From positions 14,720 through 78,719 of the IMG/VR virus record IMGVR_UViG_3300013131_000036: DNA of 64,000 nt; one strand, 5' to 3'. Positions 57,964 to 64,000 of the stretch are shown one piece after another; the first letter of the stretch is position 1; every line of letters begins with the position of its first letter. The notes under the pieces are model-generated. The model was not told the origin of the DNA, made no database searches, and was given only the letters and a program-made list of their open reading frames with translations. The stretch comes from a virus. The translations under genes were made by a program, and so were the position numbers.

Positions 57964-58412
57964 AACAACTTCAGTCTGTAATCAAAAAGGAGGAAACCAG
58001 ACCGCAAGGAAACTGGAAAACCAAATTTGAGATTGTGGACATTATCAAAAGCAGCACGGATAATTGCCAAAAATTTCTGCAATGGGGACTAAAAACCAAC
58101 CGGATAAAAATGAAAACCGGAACCAGCCTCACCTCAACCCGAGTTATGACAAGCAAAATGTTTTACCATCCTTTAAAAAAGGATTGGAAACGTCTTTACG
58201 CGGAGTATGCCAAAAGCAGGGAAAAGCGTCCCAAAGGAAACGGATGGAAAACGTTTACTCAGCTTTGTCGTGAATTAAAACTTAGCGAATCGCATGGACG
58301 CAAAATGATTTGTCTTTTGGTCAAAAATCAAAAATTGGAAATTTTTCGGGGCGGAATTGTGGACGAGGGCAGCAGAATCACCGCTATCAAGTTTTATCGT
58401 ATCAAAGGATAG
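57948..58412 (+). CDS. Paralog with two tandem winged-HTH-like repeats
   Basis: ETRPQGNWKT... and EKRPKGNGWKT... repeats, each ending in FY[HR]. Confidence 0.6.
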   Translation: MSKWVEQLQSVIKKEETRPQGNWKTKFEIVDIIKSSTDNCQKFLQWGLKTNRIKMKTGTSLTSTRVMTSKMFYHPLKKDWKRLYAEYAKSREKRPKGNGWKTFTQLCRELKLSESHGRKMICLLVKNQKLEIFRGGIVDEGSRITAIKFYRIKG

Positions 58413-58626
58413 TTTCCAACACCCGCAAAACTACCTTCTTGCGGATTTCCGGTCCTTGCAGATTCTTAAGAAAAGTCAGAAACTCGTTTAGAACTTTCTC
58501 TGGATCCTGACGAACAACCGTGGGCACTTCTGCGGCAGGGTTTAATGCACTGTTGGCTTGTGGTCCAAGACCTAGATTTTCACAATAAAGATCTCCCATT
58601 TTACGGATATCGTCACTCAAACTCAT
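58402..58626 (-). CDS. Small late protein
   Basis: AATAAATA 5 nt before the ATG on the minus strand. Confidence 0.55.
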   Translation of the reverse strand: MSLSDDIRKMGDLYCENLGLGPQANSALNPAAEVPTVVRQDPEKVLNEFLTFLKNLQGPEIRKKVVLRVLETIL

Positions 58627-58644
58627 GTAAATATTTATTAATTC

Positions 58645-59814
58645 ATGATCAGTTTTAAAAATATAAAAACTATTTTAAATGAAAAGTTGGTTTTGAAAAA
58701 AAGACTCGCTCCTGAAGGCAAAACCATTTTTATAGCGACCAGCGATCTACAGGACCCAAAACAATCTGGTAATGAGACATTTACAAATAAAGATTTTATT
58801 AAAACCCTGGGATTTAAATGGAATGCTCTGGAACGCCGATGGGAAACAGGCGCTTTGGACGAATCCGAAGCATCAGATTTTGTAAAAAATACAATCAAAA
58901 AACTGAATGAATTCAACAAAGAAGAACTTACCGACACAACTGTTGCTGAATTTGGCGGGGAAAATTTGGAGGATCGTTTCAAAAAATTCGTGGAACTTTT
59001 GAAAAGTGGCGTATTGAATGTAAAAAACAGCAAGGAATATCAAGAATATGTTCAGTTTCAAAAACGTTTTCGCAATTATTCATTCAACAACCAGATTCTA
59101 ATCTTTCTGCAAAGAAAAAATGCTTCCAGAGTGGCCGGAAAAAACACATGGTTTCGACAGTTCGGCCGAAAAATAAAACCCGGAGAACGGGCCATACTGA
59201 TTTATGCTCCGATCATGGTCAAACAAAAAGACGGAGACATAAGTGTGGGAGAAGATCCTACGGCCGGTATTAAGGAAAAAGTGATGCGATTCCGTCTTGT
59301 GCCTGTTTTTGATATCAGTCAAACCGAACCTATTCCTGGCCGGGAAAAAGAAATTCCCGAGGAAATACAATGGTTTGATGACACGCCGCTAAATGAACGC
59401 ATGCGCACCATATTTGATGCTGTGAAACAATATGCAGGGGAAAACAACATCAAAGTGGACATCAAGGCAGAAGACGAACTGGGTGGTGCCCGGGGCGTCA
59501 GCCGGGGCGGAACCATTGAGCTTGTTAGTGAAAATTTAAGCACATTAATCCATGAAGTTGCCCACGAAATGTTGCATTGGAAAGATCGGGAAAATGTTCC
59601 GGAACGGAAAATACGAGAACTTCAGGCAGAAGGAGTGGCAAATTTTGTTTTGAGTGAATATGATATTCCCGCTCCTCACACTGAAAAGTATCTGGCTCTT
59701 TGGCAGATCGATCCGGAACATATCACCAGCAACTTTAATATTATAAAAGACACTTCAAAAACCCTTATAGAATATATAAATAATCATGTGGAACAAAAAG
59801 GTGCAAATCTATGA
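58645..59814 (+). CDS. ArdC-like ssDNA-binding domain plus zincin (MPTase/ImmA-like) metallopeptidase
   Basis: FRNYSFNNQILI..Q...ASRVAG...W...GR.IKPGERAI.I.AP, VFDISQT, TLIHEVAH, ELQAEGVA. Confidence 0.85.
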   Translation: MISFKNIKTILNEKLVLKKRLAPEGKTIFIATSDLQDPKQSGNETFTNKDFIKTLGFKWNALERRWETGALDESEASDFVKNTIKKLNEFNKEELTDTTVAEFGGENLEDRFKKFVELLKSGVLNVKNSKEYQEYVQFQKRFRNYSFNNQILIFLQRKNASRVAGKNTWFRQFGRKIKPGERAILIYAPIMVKQKDGDISVGEDPTAGIKEKVMRFRLVPVFDISQTEPIPGREKEIPEEIQWFDDTPLNERMRTIFDAVKQYAGENNIKVDIKAEDELGGARGVSRGGTIELVSENLSTLIHEVAHEMLHWKDRENVPERKIRELQAEGVANFVLSEYDIPAPHTEKYLALWQIDPEHITSNFNIIKDTSKTLIEYINNHVEQKGANL

Positions 59815-60965
59815 AAAACATTAATGTAGAATATGATATGGATGAAAATGATCTGGATATCATTCTCCGGGATATTGTAAAAGAACATAAAACAAAACCC
59901 AATCTGGATTATATTTTTGAAAATTATAGCAATCTGCTTTCCGTATTCAAACCGCATGTGATCAAGAAAGCATTGGATGGTATTGAAGAGGATTACACAC
60001 ACGCTCCTAATGAAGGTGAGGAATCCGGAACAACTTTATCCGTGAGTCCAAAAGCTGCTCTGGCTAAAGCAAAAGAAGCAATAAAAAATTTAGAAAAAGA
60101 TAATCAGCAGTTGGCAAAAATAATAGATGCCCAACCTGATTTGATTAAAGTGATGATTCGAACCAGAGATTTGTTTCCTTACAAATTTCGGGGAGACAGT
60201 GAAGTGATACAATTTATTAAAAAAGCAATTGGCCCGGAAGCTTTTAAACTGGCATATCACGCCGAAAACCAAGCCAATCAATTTGAAGATGAACCGCACG
60301 ATATTGAAAGTGATCCGGAAAGCATGAAAGAAGAAAGCACTTTTACCCGAGCTTATGACAAGCTCATGGGTAATCTGAATGAATCTCATGTTCCAGAAGG
60401 TGATGATGAAGGTCGCATGCTTGAATATCAGCTTCGTACTATTCGGGATGAAATTGATGAATTGCTTCCTCTCATTCAACCCAACGATCAGTTTGAAGGT
60501 TGGGTGCAAAGCAAGGTTACTTTGGCAAAAGATTATGTTTCGGCTGTTAAAGATTATCTGACACAACATCACGCTGAATATCATAGCGATGATGATGGTG
60601 ATCGGGGCAGTCATGATTTGAGTGATGATGCGGGGGCTTTGGCCAGTGCAGGTTACGGAACGGATGAAGATTACGGTTATTACGGGAGAAATGAAGACAA
60701 CGAAGAAGTAAAAGAAGGTGTAGTCATGGAAAAGAAAGGTGCGCGTTGCACCAAGGTAACCGGTCAAATGCAATCAACACGCAGTGATAAAAAATACATG
60801 CGTTGTGCCAGGGTTGGTGGAAAGCTCAAACGAGTACATTACGGTGATCCTAAAAGAAGGATTAAAAAGTCTAATCCTAAAAAACGTCGTTCATTTCGGG
60901 CACGTCATAAATGTTCTACTGCCAAACCCGGTACGGCAAAATACTTTAGTTGTAAAAATTGGTGA
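59811..60965 (+). CDS. Multi-module late protein with a basic Cys-containing C-terminus
   Basis: EGRM...QL and WVQSKVTLAKDY modules; C-terminal YGDP...RRSFRARHKC......KYFSCKNW, a pattern I recall from T4-like phage hypotheticals. Confidence 0.6.
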   Translation: MKNINVEYDMDENDLDIILRDIVKEHKTKPNLDYIFENYSNLLSVFKPHVIKKALDGIEEDYTHAPNEGEESGTTLSVSPKAALAKAKEAIKNLEKDNQQLAKIIDAQPDLIKVMIRTRDLFPYKFRGDSEVIQFIKKAIGPEAFKLAYHAENQANQFEDEPHDIESDPESMKEESTFTRAYDKLMGNLNESHVPEGDDEGRMLEYQLRTIRDEIDELLPLIQPNDQFEGWVQSKVTLAKDYVSAVKDYLTQHHAEYHSDDDGDRGSHDLSDDAGALASAGYGTDEDYGYYGRNEDNEEVKEGVVMEKKGARCTKVTGQMQSTRSDKKYMRCARVGGKLKRVHYGDPKRRIKKSNPKKRRSFRARHKCSTAKPGTAKYFSCKNW

Positions 60966-60972
60966 TAAGTCT

Positions 60973-61158
60973 ATGAATTTCAACGACTTAGTAACTCAAC
61001 TTCTTGAAGAAGCCACCAAGAAAAAAGCCAAACGGGATGCTTGTTATCACAAGGTAAAGCGCCGGTATAAAGTTTGGCCTTCGGCATATGCTTCTGGGGC
61101 GTTATCAGCGTGCAGAAAACGCGGTGCGGCTAATTGGGGTAAGAGCAAAAAGAAATGA
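60973..61158 (+). CDS. Small basic protein
   Basis: MNFNDLVTQLLEE leader; DACYHKVK.RYKVWPSAYASGAL..CRK.GA.NWG. Confidence 0.65.
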   Translation: MNFNDLVTQLLEEATKKKAKRDACYHKVKRRYKVWPSAYASGALSACRKRGAANWGKSKKK

Positions 61159-61427
61159 CCCAAAACTTTGATAACTTGGTTGATTCCCTGATCAACGAAG
61201 CCAAGTTTTCTCTTGAAAAGAAATATGGTCTTCGTGGTTGGTTCATGCGCAATAAAGGTAAAGGTTGGGTAGACTGTCGTACCGGTAAACCCTGTGGTCG
61301 TCAGAAGGGAGAAAAGCGCAAGGGGTATCCGGCCTGTCGTCCCACTAAAAGCATGTGCAGCAGCCGTAAACGTCTAAAAAAAACCAAAAAGCGTATCAGT
61401 TGGAAAAAAGGCGCACCTGCCAAATAG
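61155..61427 (+). CDS. Small basic Cys-rich protein
   Basis: MTQNFDNLVDSLINE leader; LRGWF, WVDC.TGKPCGR, YPACRP. Confidence 0.65.
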   Translation: MTQNFDNLVDSLINEAKFSLEKKYGLRGWFMRNKGKGWVDCRTGKPCGRQKGEKRKGYPACRPTKSMCSSRKRLKKTKKRISWKKGAPAK

Positions 61428-61439
61428 TTAAATATTCTT

Positions 61440-62225
61440 ATGAAGAAAGGCATATGCAAACTGGCTCCAAACGAGGTGCATAAAGGTGACAAGATTAAGA
61501 ACACCAATCCGGATTGCAAACACTACCAAAGCAAAGGGGTGGTCATCAAAGTCAGCAAGATAAAAGGTAAAAAAGGTAATATTGTGGGCAACAAGGTGGA
61601 ATACAAAGCCAGCAACAAAGGCAAACACTGGAAAAAAGGAGATAAGCTGGAAAAAACTGAAATACAGCTGAATAAAGAATCATTCAAACCTTTTCGTTTC
61701 TTTTTTGAAAAACATTGTCCAGACACAGTTGGTATTGTGGAAAAGGTTTATATTGATGGGCTGGGAAATGTGGATGCCAAGATAGACAGCGGAAACGACA
61801 GCAACAATGTGCTTTGTGGAACGGATATTCAACTGATTGAAAAAAATGGTCGCAAATATGCCAAATTCACAAGTGTTGGAAACAAACAACTGACCCGTCC
61901 TCTTTTGGATCTGGTCAGCATACATATCGGGGCCGGTGAAGAAGAAAAGCGTCCCCTTGTGGCCCTGGATATCGTTTTTGGTGATACGTTGCACAAAGTT
62001 GTCCCATTCAGTATCGGGGACCGAACCCAGAACGATCAACCCGTTCTTATTGGAAAAAAATTTCTACAACAATTGGGAATGGTGATTGATGTGAATTCAA
62101 AGTATCTGTTGTCAGTGTATGATGAAAAGCGGGGACAATTCAGCCAAAAACCCAGTTTGAATTATGTAAGCAATCCTCCGGCACAGGTAGGCGGGGGAAA
62201 TACAGTTGGTCGGGACGTTGCTTAA
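61440..62225 (+). CDS. Basic N-terminal domain plus a retropepsin-like (RimK-associated, Zn_protease-family) protease
   Basis: AKIDSGN, EE.RP.V.L.I, FSIGDR, PVLIG..FL. Confidence 0.75.
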   Translation: MKKGICKLAPNEVHKGDKIKNTNPDCKHYQSKGVVIKVSKIKGKKGNIVGNKVEYKASNKGKHWKKGDKLEKTEIQLNKESFKPFRFFFEKHCPDTVGIVEKVYIDGLGNVDAKIDSGNDSNNVLCGTDIQLIEKNGRKYAKFTSVGNKQLTRPLLDLVSIHIGAGEEEKRPLVALDIVFGDTLHKVVPFSIGDRTQNDQPVLIGKKFLQQLGMVIDVNSKYLLSVYDEKRGQFSQKPSLNYVSNPPAQVGGGNTVGRDVA

Positions 62226-62530
62226 CGATATCCCAAAAGATCCAAGCAACTATTCAGGTTATATTGATCAATACGGTCAATAACATGGCTGGGAGCAAAT
62301 CTTGCCTGTGTATCAAACCTTAAACCAGTTTCCTCTCCGGTTAACAATATGTCTTCTACAAAATCCATGGCCCCAAATTTTTTCAAAAATCGATAATAAG
62401 GGTCTTTTTCAAAATCAGTTTCAAGCAGAACCGTATGGTTTAGATCAATATGCGCCACCATTGTCAGCGTTCGAAAACAACTTATGCTGCTGGGCGGGTT
62501 AACCAACTGTGCATTTATGATGATATGCAC
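62222..62530 (-). CDS. Hypothetical protein
   Basis: GTG start 5 nt after ATTAAATA. Confidence 0.55.
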   Translation of the reverse strand: MHIIINAQLVNPPSSISCFRTLTMVAHIDLNHTVLLETDFEKDPYYRFLKKFGAMDFVEDILLTGEETGLRFDTQARFAPSHVIDRIDQYNLNSCLDLLGYR

Positions 62531-62553
62531 CTTAATATTTAATAAATAATAGT

Positions 62554-63774
62554 GTGAATTTTGAAAAAATGATGCTTCGCACGGTGGTGGAAAAACTGAA
62601 GCTGCGCCGCATGCGGTTCAAGGTGGATCCGGCCATCAGCAATCTGGAAGACTTTGACGGCAACACCAGTTATGAAGGTTACATCCTGAATGAAAATGAA
62701 GGGGTCTTGAATATTTTGGTGGTGGATCCAAACAATCAGGTTCGTCAAACTGCGGTATTTTCAAATGCAGTGAATGTTCTTTCCAACAATCTGGTTGAAT
62801 TCAAACGCAATCTGGTTCGGATCATCCTGAAAAAAGTACCAGAACAGGTATTGGAACAGATTCAAAATGCATCCACGTTTGATGAAGTTGAACAATTGGC
62901 CACACAAAATGGCGCAACCGAAGATGATATAAAGAACGCTTATCGTTCTTTCAATACTGAGTCCACTCTGAATGAACAAGGAATTTTAGGTAGAGCAGCT
63001 CAAAAAGCAAAAGATGTTACGGCATCTGCGGTTTCAAAAGTTCCGGGTGCACAAAGCTCGGGACTTATAAGAAGGGGACTTGGCAAAGCTGCTGACATTG
63101 GAAAAGAAGTTGCGTTTGGAAAAGACGCCAAAACCTTGGGGCAAAAAGCTTGGGGTGCTGCCAACATAATGGGAAGAGTGGGAGAAACTTTGAAAAAATT
63201 TGGCCCCAAAGGATCTAGAGACTTTGAATTCAAAGATCGTTCTGGGTTTTATCATAAAGACAAACCTCGAATTGGACAAAAATTTGAAATATCTTACAGT
63301 AAAAACAAAAAAGATTACCAAATTACAGCAACTGTTTCAGGTGAAAAAACATCTGGAAATAAAACATTTATTCAATTAAGAAACGTTTCTGTAAACCCTC
63401 CATTTGAAGATTATGAAAAAGTAAACGGAATTCTTGTGGAATTTGGTTTAAATAGTCCCCGTGCTAATTTTCATGTATATGATGATAGCAACAAGTTGCG
63501 GGACGGATTTTCAACAAAATTACAATACGATAATTCCACAAAAACATGGGAGGGAATTGAATCTGATAAAACAGAAGAGATAAATGATGATGAAAAACAA
63601 CCGGGACGAAAAGTTGTGGCTAGTAAGGCAAATATCAAATCTCTTGCCGATACTAAAGGATATGAAAGTTTTCAAGAACCTTATGGTCAAAAAAGAATTT
63701 TGTTTAAAATAAAAGGCGAAAAAATTTATTTTGATAGTAATCACAATAGACAAACACCAAAACTAGAACCTTGA
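62554..63774 (+). CDS. Late protein, probably capsid-internal
   Basis: AATAAATA 5 nt before the GTG; MNFEKMMLRTVVE leader; internal TLNE. Confidence 0.6.
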   Translation: MNFEKMMLRTVVEKLKLRRMRFKVDPAISNLEDFDGNTSYEGYILNENEGVLNILVVDPNNQVRQTAVFSNAVNVLSNNLVEFKRNLVRIILKKVPEQVLEQIQNASTFDEVEQLATQNGATEDDIKNAYRSFNTESTLNEQGILGRAAQKAKDVTASAVSKVPGAQSSGLIRRGLGKAADIGKEVAFGKDAKTLGQKAWGAANIMGRVGETLKKFGPKGSRDFEFKDRSGFYHKDKPRIGQKFEISYSKNKKDYQITATVSGEKTSGNKTFIQLRNVSVNPPFEDYEKVNGILVEFGLNSPRANFHVYDDSNKLRDGFSTKLQYDNSTKTWEGIESDKTEEINDDEKQPGRKVVASKANIKSLADTKGYESFQEPYGQKRILFKIKGEKIYFDSNHNRQTPKLEP

Positions 63775-63789
63775 AGGGTAAATAAAAAC

Positions 63790-64000
63790 ATGAGCACAAT
63801 TAATGAAAAAAAGATGACATCCGGTCAAAAAAAGAAACGGGAAAAAATTGTTAAGGGTATGAAAAAAGGATTGAAAGGCATGAAAGAACGTTATGGCAAG
63901 CGTGCCAAGGAAGTCATGTATGCCACTGCCACAAAGCAAGCCATGAAGGAAAGTGCATCCTTTGATGAACTTGTGGGAAAGATATTGTCGGAAAGCTACA
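63790..64000 (+). CDS. Basic late protein, 3'-truncated by the window edge
   Basis: GGTAAATA 5 nt before the ATG; MSTINEKKMTSGQKKKREKIVKGMKK...RYGKRAKEVMYATATKQAM. Confidence 0.65.
   Translation, partial: MSTINEKKMTSGQKKKREKIVKGMKKGLKGMKERYGKRAKEVMYATATKQAMKESASFDELVGKILSESY

Noticed and set aside
1-64000. Stop-codon reassignment
   Set aside because: Core genes are intact in code 11, and TAA, TGA and TAG all terminate genes at sensible positions.
1-64000. tRNA genes, CRISPR arrays or large ncRNAs
   Set aside because: Intergenic gaps are almost all under about 110 nt, and I saw no cloverleaf or spaced direct repeats. A covariance search was not run.

Overview
The window is a 64-kb segment of a large, AT-rich T4-like myophage genome (standard code 11). 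I saw no tRNA, rRNA, CRISPR array or integrase. 1-23.7 kb (mostly + strand) is a late virion module: large lectin/beta-propeller proteins, gp13-like neck, gp4, gp21 protease, gp22 scaffold, gp23 major capsid, a murein-hydrolase fusion, gp5 hub and a tail-collar fibre. 23.7-36 kb (- strand) holds four peptidoglycan hydrolases, an HNH endonuclease, a GT8/GT25/GT9/FkbM glycosylation cluster, three paralogous 7-bladed propellers and an NDP-sugar epimerase/reductase. 36-54.6 kb (- strand) is the T4 replication/recombination core (gp45, gp32, gp41, UvsX, gp43, gp46, gp47, intein-split gp55, UvsW, UvsY) with two embedded glycosyltransferases. 54.6-64 kb (+ strand) encodes many small, probably capsid-internal proteins. 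Most striking observations: (1) a separate 78-aa late gene encodes a purifying-selected copy of the predicted mature N-terminal arm of the major capsid protein (32/42 aa identical) fused to a poly-Lys tail; (2) about 20 genes have a T4 late-type TAAATA box exactly 5-6 nt before the start codon with no Shine-Dalgarno, implying widespread leaderless mRNAs; (3) more than ten proteins carry capsid-targeting-like leaders ending in L/I-x-E, including an ArdC-metallopeptidase; (4) an L,D-peptidase-like domain is nested inside a 3D domain; (5) L-S-[A/G/S] is about 10-fold enriched in virion proteins, next to a glycosyltransferase cluster; (6) CCGG is strongly over-represented. All family assignments come from motif recognition by eye, with no database searches.
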